This document shows positions 13,456-27,300 of a stretch of DNA of 64,000 nucleotides, one piece after another. Below the pieces are notes generated by a model. That model had not been told where the DNA came from and did no database searches. It saw only the letters and a program-made list of their open reading frames with translations. A program made the translations under genes and the position numbers. Source of the DNA: Heptranchias perlo (taxonomy: Eukaryota); NCBI RefSeq assembly GCF_035084215.1, contig NC_090351.1:33666001-33730000 (forward strand). The letters are read 5' to 3'. Each line of letters opens with the position of its first letter. The first letter of the stretch is position 1.

Positions 13456-15192
13456 ATAATATATATTGATAGTACAAACATATTGAATGGAAAAAAGGCA
13501 ATTCAGTTGTCAACGTTGATGTGTGATGAATCGATGCTTTGGTGAACCTTTATCCATTGTTAACCCCCAAATCCTTATTGTGCAAAAGCTAGTCATCGCT
13601 ATCACTATTGTGGCCTGAGTTTAAACTTGTAAGTCTAGAAATTGCGGTCAGTGTGACACTTTACACTGCAACAATTAAACAATGGTGGCGGTAATGTGGG
13701 ACTGCAGTGCAGTCATTGCTGCAGTAATGCATCGCTCACCTGATGCATTAATCTCGCCCAAAGAAAAGATGCAGTGAGTAACCTTCATTTAAAGATTCAA
13801 TTTTGTTTTCCACACTCTAGGTTTCGAGCATTGCTGGGACTCCTCTATCATTGGGCTTGCCAGCAGAAGTTAACTTTAATGGACACTAAATCATAGGCCG
13901 TGAGGGCGCAATTTTGCAACATTGGATCCTGGTTTGCACCAAGCGGAGTGCAGCTGAATTTTTACATTTTAGCTCTCCGCCCATAAATGTGGGTTTAACT
14001 AACCTTGTTAATAGTTTTAAATTGTACAGCAAGAGACAGTACAAAAGAGAATTAGTGACTTCGAAAGAACACAGCACAGTTATTGCACAATATCTGTCAG
14101 TCAGTCCATGCCGTACATATGGTGATTAAGGGCGTGATGAGGATAGTCTTGCTGTTCGGTTGACTGGACATTCTGCAGTGTACTGAAGGTGCTGATGTAA
14201 AGTTACAGATCCTATTGCCCTGGAAACAAAAAGCAAAGGAAGATTCATATTGCAAGCTTCATGTTAAGAGTCAATTTGCGCTTAGTTGCATAGAGTTACA
14301 TCGAGTCTACAGCACAGAAATAGGCCATTCAGCCCAACTGGCCTATGCCAGTGTTTATGCTCCACAAGAGCCTCCTCCTACCCCTTAGCAAGTACTACTT
14401 TATACACAGCCATTTAAAATGAAGATTGAAATTATTGTATTAAGAAAATGGGTTAAGAAAATAGGTCACTTTTAAATGTAGCACAAGCCGAAACTTTAAT
14501 CTTTTTCTGGGCTCATCAAGGTGAAGGACCGCAATGATGGCGAATAAGAATCCTTCCCTCCTCCTCTCACCCACCATCAGCATCAAGTTAGGTAATCTCA
14601 CATAGGCCATGCCATCCTGGTATTATTTACCCATTGATGGTTTGGCATTAGTTTAGTGTGACATAAAGCTGAAGTAGACTGTCTGATTAATTTGTAATCT
14701 TTCTCCATAAGTCCCCAGGGCTTATGGCGAGCGCGTTTTGTGCGAACGCAATTTACCCACTGTACGCAATGGCCGGTATAACATGGTAGCCCTATCACCA
14801 TATAACAAGTATGTTCCTTCTGTGTAGTGACCTTTTGCCCAGTTGTTTCCAGCTGCACTCTGATCTGCATCTTTATTTAAACAACAGTCAGTGCTTAGTA
14901 CAAACTGTAACTCCACACCACTTAAAGGGGATTAGAAGATTTTAAGTACACGAGAGGTAATTGAACATTAACAAGGTATTATTTACTTATTTACTTACTT
15001 ATGTTTGTTCTTGCATTTTGCATTCAGTGCACCTTAATGAGGTGCGAACTGGTGAGTAAGCACAGCTGTTTCTGCCTGAAATAACGGAGCACTTAAGACG
15101 CTATAACCGGCAACTTTGAAGTTGACATTAATGCTCAGGATAACGGTTCAGCCATTTAAGACTGAGATGAGGAGGAATTTCTTCACTCAGAG

Positions 15193-16441
15193 GAACAATA
15201 GGAACATAGGAACAGGAGTAGGCCATTCAGCCCCTCGAGCCCGCTCCGCCATTTGATAAGATCATGGCTGATCTGTGATCTAACTCCATATACCTGTCTT
15301 TGGCCCATATCCCTTAATACCTTTGGTTGGCAAAAAGCTATCTATCTCAGATTTAAAATTAGCAATCGAGCTAGCATCAATTGCCATTTGCGGAAGAGAA
15401 TTCCAAACTTCTACCACCCTTTGTGTGTAGAAGTGTTTTCTAATCTCACTCCTGAAAGGTCTGGCTCTAATTTTTAGACTGTGCCCCCTACTCCTAGAAT
15501 CCCCAACCAGCGGAAATAGTTTCTCTCTATCCACCCTATCTGTTCCCCTTAATATCTTATAAACTTCTATCAGATCACCCCTTAACCTTCTAAACTCGAG
15601 AGAATACAACCCCAATTTGTCTAATCTCTCCTCGTAACTTAACCCTTGAAGTCCGGGTATCATTCTAATAAACCTACGCTGCACTCCCTCCAAGGCCAAT
15701 ATGTCCTTCCGAAGGTGCGGTGCCCAGAACTGCTCACAGTACTCCAGGTGCAGTCTAACCAGGGTTTTGTATAGCTGCAGCATAACTTCTGCCCCCTTGT
15801 ACTCTAGTCCTCTAGATATAAAGGCCAGCATTCCATTAGCCTTCTTGATTATTTTCTGCACCTGTTCATGACACTTCAATGATCTATGTACCTGAACCCC
15901 TAAATCCCTTTGGACATCCACTGTTTTTAACTTTTTACCATTTTGAAAGTACCCTGTTCTATCCTTTTTTGATCCAAAGTGGATGACCTCACATTTGCCT
16001 ACATTGAATTCCATTTGCCACAGTTTTGCCCATTCACCTAATCTATCAATATCGCTTTGTAATTTTATGTTTCCATCAACACTGCTTACAATGCCACCAA
16101 TCTTTGTGTCGTCAGCAAACTTAGATATGAGACTTTCTATGCCTTCATCTAAGTCGTTAATAAATATTGTGAATAATTGAGGCCCCAAGACAGATCCCTG
16201 CGGGACTCCACTAGTCACATCCTGCCAGTGAGTACCTTCCCATTATCCCTACTCTCTGTCGCCTTTCGCTCAGCCAACTTCCTAACCAAGTCCGTACTTT
16301 TCCCTCGATTCCATGGGCTTCTATCTTAGCTAACAGTCTCTTATGTGGGACTTTATCAAATGCCTTCTGGAAGTCCATATAAATAACATCCATTGACATT
16401 CCCCTGTCCACTACTTTAGTCACCTCTTCAAAAAATTCAAT
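15193..16441 (-). mobile_element. Young CR1 LINE, RT and 3' end
   Basis: ORF 15280..16218 with GVPQGSVLGP and KFADD; near-identical to 54490-55730. Confidence 0.95.
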
Positions 16442-16748
16442 TAGGGGTGAAGGTCTCAGGATACGGGGTAGGGCATTTAGGACTGAGATGAGGAGAAATT
16501 TCTTCACTCAGAGGGTGGTGAACCTGTGGAATTCTCTACCCCAGAAGGCTGTGGAGGCCAAATCACTGAATATATTTAAGAAGGAGTTGGATAGATTTCT
16601 AGACACAAAAGGCATCACAGGATATGGGGAAAGAGCAGAAATATGGTATTGAGATAGAGGATCAGCCATGATCATATTGAATGGCGGAGCAGGCTCGAAG
16701 GGCTGAATGGCCTACTCCTTCTCCTATTTTCTATGTTTCTATGTTTCT
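16442..16748 (+). mobile_element. CR1 LINE 3' end
   Basis: RRNFFTQRVV-encoding segment; (TTTCTATG)n tail. Confidence 0.85.
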
Positions 16749-16749
16749 C

Positions 16750-18212
16750 TGGCTACAGGCATGGTGCTGGAGGACTGGAGGCCTGCTAACGTTGTACCAT
16801 AGTTTAAAGCGAGTAATTACAGGCCAGTCAGCCTAACCTCGGTGGTGGGCAAATTATTGGAAACAATTCTGAGGGACAGTATAAATCATCATTTAGAAAG
16901 GCAAGGATTAATCTAGGACAGTCAGCGTGGATTTGTTAAGGGAAGGTCGAGTCTGACTAACTTGATTGAATTTTTTGAGGAGGTAACGAGGAGGGTAGAT
17001 GGTGGTAGAGCAGCTGATGTAGTCTACATGGATTTTAGCAAGGTGTTTGATAAGGTACCGCATGGCCCACTGGTCAGAAAAGTAAAAGCCCATGGGATCC
17101 AAGGGAAAGTGGCAAGTTGGATCCAAAATTGGCTCAGTGGCAGGAAGCAAAGGGTAATGGTCAACGGGTGTTTTTGTGACTGGAAGGCTGTTTCCAGTGG
17201 GGTTCCGCACGGCTCAGTATTAGGTCCCTTGCTTTTTGTGGTATATATCAATGATTTAGACTTAAATGTAGGGGGCATGATTAAGAAGTTTGCAGATGAG
17301 ACAAAAATTGGCCATGTGTTTGATAGTGAAGAGGAAAGCTGTAGACTGCAGGAAGATATCAATGGACTGGTCAGGTGGGTAGAAAAGTGGCAAATGGAAT
17401 TCAATCCGGAGAAGTGTGAGGTAATGCATTTGGGGAGGTCAAACAAGGGAAGGGAAACACAATAAATAAGAGGATACTGAGAGTTGTAGAGGAACAGAGG
17501 GACTTTGAAGTGCATGTCCACAGATTCCTGAAGGTAGCACGGCAAGTAGATAAGGTGGTTGAGAGGGCATATGGAATACTTTCCTTTATTATCCAAGGTA
17601 TAGAATATAAGAGCAGGGAGATTATGCTTGAACTGTATAAAACACTAGTTAGGCCACAGCTTCAGTACTGCGTACAGTTCTGGTCACCACATTGCAGGAA
17701 AGATGTGATTGCACTAGAGAGGGAACAGAGGAAATTTATGAGGATGTTGCCAGGACTGGAGAATTTTAGGTATGAGGAAAGATTGGATAGGCTGGGAATG
17801 TTTTCTTTGGAACAGAGGAGTCTGAGGGGAGATTTAATTGAGGTGTCCAAAATTATGAGGGGCCTAGATAGAATGGAAAGGAAGGACCTATTTCCCTTAG
17901 CAGAGAGGTCAATAACCATGGGGCATAGATTTAAAGTGATTAGTAGAAGGATTAGAAGGGAGCTGAGGAAATTTTTTTTCATCCAGAGGGTGGTGGGGGT
18001 CTGGAACTCAGTGCCTGAAAGGGTGGTAGAGGCAGAAACCCTCATCACATATAAAAGGTGCCTTTATGTGCACTTGAAGTGCTGTAACCTACAAGGCTAA
18101 GAACCAAGAGCTGGCAAGTGGGATTAGGCTGGATAGCTCTTTTCTGTAAGGCACAGGCACGATGGGCCGAATGGCCTCCTTCTGTGCCATAAATTTCTAT
18201 GATTCTATGATT
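16750..18212 (+). mobile_element. CR1 LINE RT to 3' end, frameshifted
   Basis: ORFs 16962..17465 and 17510..18100; (TTCTATGA)n tail. Confidence 0.95.
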
Positions 18213-18299
18213 ACCCCCCAACTCCATGAACCCTTATCTTGTGTAACAACCTTTCATGTGTCACCTTATCGAATGCCTTTTGAAAATCCAAACATACTA

Positions 18300-20570
18300 T
18301 ACTATAGAGAGCAAAGACTACAGGGAGGATGGGCAAACATACCATGGCACTGTGGTACAGGAGGCCATTCAAGTTGGGGGAGTAAAAAGGAATGTGGTAG
18401 TGGTAGGGGATAGTATAGTCAGGGGGATAGACACTGTTCTCTGCAGCCGTGACCAAGAGTCCCGAAGGCTGTGTTGCCTGCCCAGTGCCAGGGTTAAGGC
18501 TATCTCCTCGCAGCTGGAAAAGAACTTGAAACATGAGGGGGAGGATCCAGTTGTTGTGGTCCATGTTGGAACCAATGACATAGGTAGAACTAAGAATGAG
18601 GTTCTGCTGAGACAGTTTGAGGAGTTAGGGTCTAAATTAATAAGCAGGACCTCAAAGGTAATAATCTCTGGATTACTACCTGAGCCACTACCTGTGCAAA
18701 TTGGCATGGGGACAGACAGATCAGAGAGTTAAATATACGGCTCAAAAGATTGGTGTGGGAGACGGGTTTTGATTCATGGGGCACTGGCACCAGTACTGGG
18801 GAAAGAGGGAGCTGTTCCATTGGGACGGGCTCCACTTAAACCGGGCTGGGACCAGTGTCCTGGTGAATCAAATAACGAGGCTGTAGATAGGGCTTTAAAC
18901 TAAAAAGGGCGGGTGGGAGGAAGGTGAGGGGAAATTTAGAAATCTAATGAGAAAAGTCAAGGCAACAGAGCAGTGTAATGATTTGGGTAAAGATAAGCAG
19001 AGTGGCAAAAAGGGACAGAAGGTTTAAACGGTAATAGTGTATCAGCTAATAAGGTCAAAGCAGGGAAAATGGTAAAAAGTTAAAATTAAGGCTCTTTATC
19101 TGAATGCATGGAGCATTTGTAACAAGATAAATTAATTCATTGCACAAATAGAGATAAATGGGTTTGATCTAATAGCCATTACAGAGACATGGTTGCAATG
19201 TGACCAAGGTCGAGAACTAAATATTCCGGGGTACATGAAATTTCGAAAAGACAGGCAGAATGGAAAAGGAGGGGGTGTAGCCCTAATAATAAAAGATGAC
19301 ATAAGGACAGTGGTGAGAAAGGATCTTGGCTCGGAAGATCAGGAAGTAGAATCAGTATGGGTGGAAATAAGAAATAACAAGGGGCAGAAAACATTGATGG
19401 GAGTAGTTTATAGGCCCCCTAATAGTAGTTATACTGTTGGACAGAGTATTAATCAAGAAATAATAGGAGTTTGTAACAAAGGTAATGCAGTAATCGTGGG
19501 GGACTTTAATCTTCATGTAGACTGGACAAATCAAATTGGCAAAGGTAGTCTGGAGGATGAGTTCATGGAATGCCTTCGAGACAGTTCCTAGAGCAATACG
19601 TCATGGAACCAACCAGGGAACAGGCTATTTTAGATCTTGTATTCTGTAATGAGACAGGGTTAATTAGTAATTTCACAGTAAAGGATCCTCTGATGAAGAG
19701 CAAATATACATTCCATTGAGAAATGAAAACTCCACGGGAAAAGCGATTCATCTGTGGCTAATTAAAGAAGTTAAGGATAGTATTAGATTAAAAGAAGAGG
19801 CCTATAATGTTGCTAAGAAGAGTAGTAAGCCTGAGGATTGGGAGAGTTTTAGAAACCAGTGAAGGATGACCAAAAAATTGATAAAAAGGGAGAAAATAGA
19901 ATATGAAAGTAAAGTAGGAAGAAATATAAAAATGGATTGTAAGAGCTTCTACAAGTATGTAAAAAGGAAGAGAGTAGCAAAAGTAAACATTGGTCCCTTA
20001 GAGGCTGAGACAGGAGAAATTATAAAGGAGAATAAGGAAATGGCAGAGACATTAAACAAATATTTTGTATCTGTCTTCACAGTAGAAGACTCAAAAAGCA
20101 TACCGGAAATAGTGGGGAATGAAGGGGCTAATGAAAGTGAGGAACTTACAGTAATTAAAATCCGTAGAGAAAAACTACTGGGGAAACTAATGGGACTAAA
20201 AAAGCCGATAAATCCCCTGGTCTACAGCCTACGGTTCTAAAAGAGATGGTGGATACATTGGTTGTGATCTTCCAAAATACCCTAGATTCTAGAACCGTCC
20301 CAGCGGATTGGAAGGTAGAAAATGTAACCCCGCTATTCAAGAAAGGAGGAAGAGAGAAAACAGGGAACTACAGGCCAGCTAGTCTGTGGTTGGGAAAATG
20401 CTGTAATCCATTCTTGAGAAAGTGGTAACAGGGCACTTACAAAATCATAATATGATTAGGTAGAGTCAACGTGGTTTTATGAAAGGGAAATCGTGTTTGA
20501 CAAATTTATAAGAGTCTTTTGAGGATGTAACTAGCAGGGTAGATAAAGGGGAACCAGTGAATGTCGTATA
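18300..20570 (+). mobile_element. Degenerate CR1 LINE: ORF1 SGNH/GDSL esterase, APE endonuclease and start of RT
   Basis: VVGDSIVRG...VVHVGTND (ORF1); AITETWL, GVVYRPP and VGDFN (endonuclease); NYRP. Confidence 0.92.
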
Positions 20571-21260
20571 GTATAGATTTATAGTGTACGTAGTATAGTA
20601 CACATAATGTAGATATTATGATAGGGAGGAAATTCCAGAGCGTGGGATCTAGGTGGCTGAAGGCACGGCCGCCAATGGTGAGATGGAACTCATTCTAAAC
20701 TCTAAATCTCATTATCATAGAAATAATAGTGAGCTTTCTGGATCCCCCCAGTTTGATCTTGTGGATTGTTGGTATAGTTGCCATATGATAAAGCTTTTTT
20801 ATATTGCTTATGTGGTTGCTCTTCAGAAACCACCTGATAAGTTTACTGAGTACATCCCCAATGTACTTTGGGCCATTTTTAAATGTTTTATTTGATTTTC
20901 TGTAATAATCCTTCCACTTTAGTAAAATATTAAATATTAACATACATAATACACTCAATATAAAGTGTGCCAACATAAGTTAATTATATGGCACCATATT
21001 TTTAAAAAAATAATAAATGCTAGCTGCATTTTAAGATTTAAGATTTGAAAGCTGCTTGACTGTTTCAACAAAAAATCATCCCTAAATATGATCTCAATAT
21101 AAGATAAAATGGGGCATGTTTCCTTCAGAAATATGTTGTGCTTATTGTTCTGTTATCCTTTTGGAAATGTTTATGATGAATAAATTTCAAAGAATTCTTC
21201 CAAAGTTTATGTTGTTAAGCTAGAAGATAAAAAAACAACAACTTACCGGTTTTTCTTCAC

Positions 21261-21360
21261 CTATATTTTCAGTTTGACCAAAATGGCCCAAACAAGCAGA
21301 ATGGCAAAGAACACCCAGCGTAGAACGCTCCATGTAAAATAGTACTGAGAATTCTTTTGC
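21261..21360 (-). CDS. Exon 4, transmembrane exon with intramembrane Arg (YYFTWSVLRWVFFAILLVWAILV-KLKI*)
   Basis: Acceptor tcttctatctacccag|; TAG at 21263-21261; a canonical CG|gtaagt donor follows at 21247/21246. Confidence 0.88.
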
Positions 21361-24300
21361 CTGGGTAGATAGAAGACAGAATGGTTTAATCTAAATAGTT
21401 CCTCTTTCTGGAACTTCCTAAACGTTCAGGATTACCTTGAAGGTGTGAATCATTTGGTTACACGTGTGGTGGAAAGATTCTGCTTAGGAGCCCCTGGAGC
21501 ACACTGGGAAATTACGCACCACGGCCCGTGAGATTCTACCTATTAAAATTAGCGGACAGAAAATATCGGGTTGGAAGGTCCGCTATCTCCCAGGATCTGC
21601 TCTTAGCCTGTGCCAGGAGTGCTGAAGTGGAAAATCATCCCCTTATTTCTCCCGATAGATATGGGGCATGATTTTAACCCCAAGGAACGGGTGGGTTGGA
21701 GGTGGTGGGGGGGCGGTGGGTGGCAGTAAAAATTTTAAAAGTTGGGAGCAAGAACGAGTCCCGGCTCCAACTCCAACGCATCTGGGTACGTGCGTGTTTC
21801 AGAAGCCCAGAAGTCCCATCGGCAATTAAAACCGGCGGGCTGACATTTAAAGGGGGAATTAAGACAATTGAAGTACTTAAATCAATTAAATTTGTGGGGA
21901 TTGAGGCAGACAATGATTTTAACTCTACCTGAACGTGTCTCCTGTAGCCTCTGAAACACGCCATGGAAACGGAGGTGAGTTGCAGCCGGCAGCCATTTGG
22001 ACATTCATACCAATGATTGACAAATGGGGATAAAAGGTGAGTTTTTGAGGCAGGGCACTCAGTTCTCTCAGACAAACATTTGGCTGGGAGTTCTTTGTGT
22101 TTAGACTCAGATTTCTTTGTTCACAGTCAGAATTCTTCTGTTCAGATATATTTGCCTGCATTTTGGACCCCCTCAAACCGACACCATCAGGATGGGGGGC
22201 GGGGGTGGGTGGGTGCAATGGATGTATTGCACTACATCTGAGGAGGAGGCACATCACCATCTGCGCCAGGCATGGCATGCAGTTCTGAGAGTTGCAGCTC
22301 CAGAAGACAGAGGTGTGCCACAAGGACCTGCAGAAGAGCAGAGAGGGTAACAACGGAAGGGCCGTCGTCACAGGAGCTACCACCCTCGTGAAAGGGTCGA
22401 CAGGCAGTGGCTGAGCTTCCTGGACCTCTCTGAGGAGCAGTGCCTACGAAGTCTCGGATTGAGTTGCCAGGTGGCTGCAGCCATCTGCAGGCTCCTTCAT
22501 GCAGAGCTGCTCCCGACTGGGCCTGGTGACCACGCATTGCTCGTCGCAATTAAAGTCACCACTGCCCTCAACTTCTTCAACTCTGGATCCTTCCAGGGCA
22601 CCACCGGTAACATCACCGGGATCTCTCAGTCATCTTTCCATAAGTGTACACGACAGGTCACAGTTGGCTTGTTTGCCAGGGCATCCCACTACGTCAACTT
22701 CCCCATTGGCAACATCAGCCAGACTGAGAGGGCAATGGGTTTCCACTCTCTGGCTGGCTTCCCATGGGTACAGGGTGCAATTGATTGCACATACATAGCA
22801 ATCCGAGCACCTCCACACGAGCCAGAAAAGAATATCACTCTATCATTGCGCAACTGGTTTGCGACCACAGTAAGAGATTTCTGCAGGTGTGTGCCAAATT
22901 CCCAGGCAGCCGCCATGATTCTTTCATTCTGCGTGAATCCAACATCTCGGCCCTCTTCCATGCACAAGACAAACTTAAGGGACGGCTCCTTGGAGACAAG
23001 GGATACCCCCTGCAGACGTGGCTCATGACACCTGTGAGGTATCCCACCAGCGAGGCGCAGAAGTGGTACAACAATGGTCCCAGCACCACCAGGTCTGCCA
23101 TAGAGCAAGCCATAGGACTGCTGAAGATACACTTCCAGTGCCTGGATCGATCTGGGGGAGCCCTTCAGTACTCACAGGCGAGGGTGTGTAGAACAATACT
23201 CATGTGTTGCATCCTGCACAACATCGCTCAACAGAGGGGGTTACCGGTAGATGAGGTCCCATACACCCCACAAGCAGTCGCACCTACCATCAACACTGAA
23301 GAAGATGAGGAGGAGGAGGAGGATGACGATGGGCGAACCATTGGCGAAGCAGCGTCTCACCTGGCTGCTCGGCGTGCCGGGGAGTCACTCATACTTGATA
23401 AATTCTCATAGGGAGATCTGCAAAGTGACTACAACCAGGTACTCAGGCCACCTGTAATGATCACCACAACCACTTCTGGGTTTAACCCAGGCAGGTTTGT
23501 CTGCGTGTGGACAACAGACACCAGGAGGTCCCACCCCCACTTAGCTGGCAGGCCAATACTTGAAAGGGCAATGTACCCCATTGAGATACTGGTGGTACTT
23601 AATATTTTGTGTTTTGGACAATTAAAATAAATTTAACCTTACCGTCCGGGTTTCCCATCGCTTCCGAATCACGTTAAGCGAAAACAGGCGGGAAGGGCCA
23701 GATCCATGAGGTGAATGCCTTTATTTCACTGCTTGTGGGCCCGGAGGAGCAGGAGTGCTTCATCCAAGCCCATCAAGCTCACCTGGCCGAAAGAAACCCC
23801 GCGATCGGTGCCCCTCCCCCCCCCCCAACAATGGTGGACCCCAACCTACCTCCGACTCTTCACCCGACATCCAGCGACCTCTGATCTTCTTCCCGGCCCC
23901 TCCCCCGATCTTCTTCCCGGCCCCTCCCCCGATCTTCTTCCCAGCTCCCCAAACTCCCATGCCCGCTTACCTTCCGAGTTTCGCACCCGAAAATCTTCTC
24001 CCCCACCCACCCACCCCGCTGCCTTCCCGGCTCGAAGTTAAAATTTACCCCATGTAACTTTACGTAATATCACCTGTTCTACACTATCGCACAAAGTTAA
24101 AATGATTTTGCTACTGGTGCAAAAAATGCATTTCGTTCCACAGAAAATGAGATTCCACACTTTGGGCAAACATTCACCTGCACATCCCCAGAGAAACAGG
24201 TGATAGCGATTCGGCAGCCTCTTTCACACTATCGCACAAAGTCAAAATTACCCCAAACACTCCCAGATCAGGTATAATATTGGATTAGACATAGGGCAAG

Positions 24301-27300
24301 CATCCATTACACTGACTAAACATCTGAATTTCAGGGGTAGATTTTGAAGTCTATCGCTTGGCCGAAATGGGGCACGGTAGCGCCCAGAAAATGGTGGGGA
24401 ATGACTTACCACCTCGTTCCCGTCGTCGCTGTGGCCTCCTCAATCTTCCCCCGGGGCCTACCGCTGGGCAGCCAGAGCTCCCTCCCCCCCAACCCCGAGT
24501 CAGGATGTAGAACCTTTGAAAATGCAAATCGGGACTGTATGACGTACATAGGACCCCATTTGCTATTTTGGGGTAATAATGCACAGAGTGTGCACTGCGC
24601 CAATCTCCCTCGGTGTCAGCTGGCCGTCCGGCCAAAGAGGGGCCCACAGGTAAGTTTTACTGTATTTTTATGGGACCGGGAGGAGCAGAGGTGCTCGCCC
24701 AGGCTCCATAAAAACCAACCTGTGCTGCTGTCACTTCGGCTCCCCCCTCTCCCCCTTCCCGAAATCAGACCACCCCCCCCTAACGGACCTACCTTCTTCT
24801 GGTGCAGAGGCCGGCTGGCCTGATCCGATGTTGAATTTTTGCCTGCAGGCCAGCCGGCCTGAACCTGCAGTTGTACCAGGCCTACCGTCAACACTATCTG
24901 TTGGCTGCCCAACTGGCTTCACTGGTCGGACACCGAGTTAAAATCCAGCCCTCAGACCCAGGAGAGAATCCCTTATTGCACCAATGGTATATTTTCATTT
25001 GCCACCCCCAATGTTACCTAATAATGTTGAATTATGTACTAGAATGGATTACCATGACATACAAATGGAGCTCTGATCACTCAGCTTTAGCTTAAAGATC
25101 TCGGGGTAGAATTCCCTTGGAGCTTCTCCCAATCTCTTGCAGTACCTTCTGCAGGAGATTGGTGGTAACCCCAGAGAGGTGGTGCAAACGGCCGTTACAG
25201 TGGGAGATCAACAGCAGAAGTTCCAGGCGCTGTTCACCTCTTCGCATGATGGAAGTCTACGAAAGTCTGATTCACCCAAGAGTCCTGCATCTTATCAAAA
25301 TGTGCAAGAAATATGTTCTAAAAAGGTATTTTAACCTGTCGCAAACTGATTTACGGGGGCAATTTTAACCTAACCCCCCTGTCGGGAAGCTGACGGGATC
25401 AGGCGCAAAGTGGTTTTACACCCTGCCTGATTTTACTCTTCTTTGAAGTCAATGGAGAACAGTATTGGGTGGTGTGTAAAAACAGTGTTCCACCTGATCC
25501 CGTGGGTTTCCTGCCTGCTGAGTTAGGTTAAAATTACCCCATCGAGTCTACAGCATAGAAACAGGCCATTTGGCCCAACTTGTCTATGCCGGTGTTTATG
25601 CTCCACACAAGCCTCCTTCCACCCATCTCGCCCTACTTTAGTTTCTATTGATTTCAACAGGAGAGATGTAAAACAGGCGGCCGATTCACTATCATGCATT
25701 TAACACTATCGCACAAAGTCAAAATTATCCCCTTTGTTTCTGATACTGGCGGAAAAAATGCTTTTTGTTCCACAGTACTGACACTTTGGGCAAACATTTA
25801 CCTGCACCCCCTCCCAGAGAAACAATAAAGATCTCTCATATGGCTGTAGGATATTACACATTATTACAGTTGTGCAGATACAGAACAACTGCTCAGAATG
25901 GACCAGTTTAAGATAACGTGTGACATTTACCTTTGGGTTTCCTTGTCTGACAGATAATCTGAGAATGAGGGAAGTAACTTGTCAGCTGTTAAAAATGATA
26001 TAAATAATTTTTATTAGATTTTATCACCAATCTTGTGTTACACATTCAGCCTAAACCATCAGAGATAAATTTATCCTAATTAGCAGTAAAAAGATAGAAA
26101 ATTTGATTTATATAGAATAAGTACCAAAATTAAACACTTTGTAGTTTTTTCACTATTCTGCTGGTTTATTCTTATCTGAATTATAACTTTAACGTTCCAC
26201 TGAAAATTTTGGAAATTTGCAAAATATATAATAAATCGTACAGCAAACTATATAACTTTGTCATCTATCAAAAATGTATAGCTGAAAAATGTACACAATA
26301 ATAAATGTATATTCAGGCCTTACCTTCATTAACTTTAAGTTTTACAGGACTTAACAGGTCCAGAAAATATCTTTCAATTCCACACCAATACCAGCCTTGA
26401 TCGTTCACTGTTAATCGTTCCATCGTGACTGAAAATTCTCCTGCTTCATTATCAGCTGTAGCTGTTATTCTGCCATCAGAGTTTACCTTCCTGGGGCCTT
26501 GGGTTTGTATTAGAACAGTACAGGCTTCCCAGGCATGCCCTCTGCACCAGTATTTTTGATAATTGCTGTAGTATGTGTCATATGTGCACGTGATATGGAC
26601 TGATTGTCCCACTGATCCATTTACTGCATCTGGTCCAGTTATTGTAGCGCGTGTAACTGTTAGGTGTGAAAATATAACACACGTTTTAAAGTACAATGAA
26701 AGTAAAAAAATGTAACAGTTTAATAGCATAGAATATATATAAACTTTAAATATGTGTATTAAATATCATCAACTTATTCTCCCAATTTGATCATTCTATT
26801 GGTATGTTTGAGGGTCCTCTGCTCTCTTTTGCAAAGAAGTACAGAGAGTTTTCTTTATTGAAACCCTGCTCTCCTTGCGGAGATATGACGTAAACATTGA
26901 TGAAAATTGATCAGCAGTTTCATGTATGAAAATGTGTACATGGAACATTAACCCCCAAAGGTTTACAAACAACAATACGGCCATTCCACACACTTCAAGA
27001 ACATTTTGTAAACAATCTGTAATAATTAATATTAATCAGAAAAAAAGACAGATCATCATATCTATGCCTCACTGTCATTGTGCAGGTGAAGGTATTCGCA
27101 ATAAGATGATTACATCTAACTTCATCCTGAGATGCTGGTCGTTATTGCTCCTATTGCTCACATTCCATCTCATGCAGTCACTCTTCACTGATCCGTAAAT
27201 GTACATCCTGCTCCTTCTCAAAAGCCAGGTGGAAACAATATTTTTTTTTGAGGGGGAATCCTATCAACATAAAATCTACACTGATATCTTCATCTATATT

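Noticed and set aside
20695-20899. Possible downstream exon for the 21246 donor (ttattacag|AAAATC)
   Set aside because: Weak pyrimidine tract; it cannot be supported without transcript data
22459-23411. Host HARBI1 gene
   Set aside because: Frameshifted and enclosed by TIRs and a TSD, so it is a transposon copy
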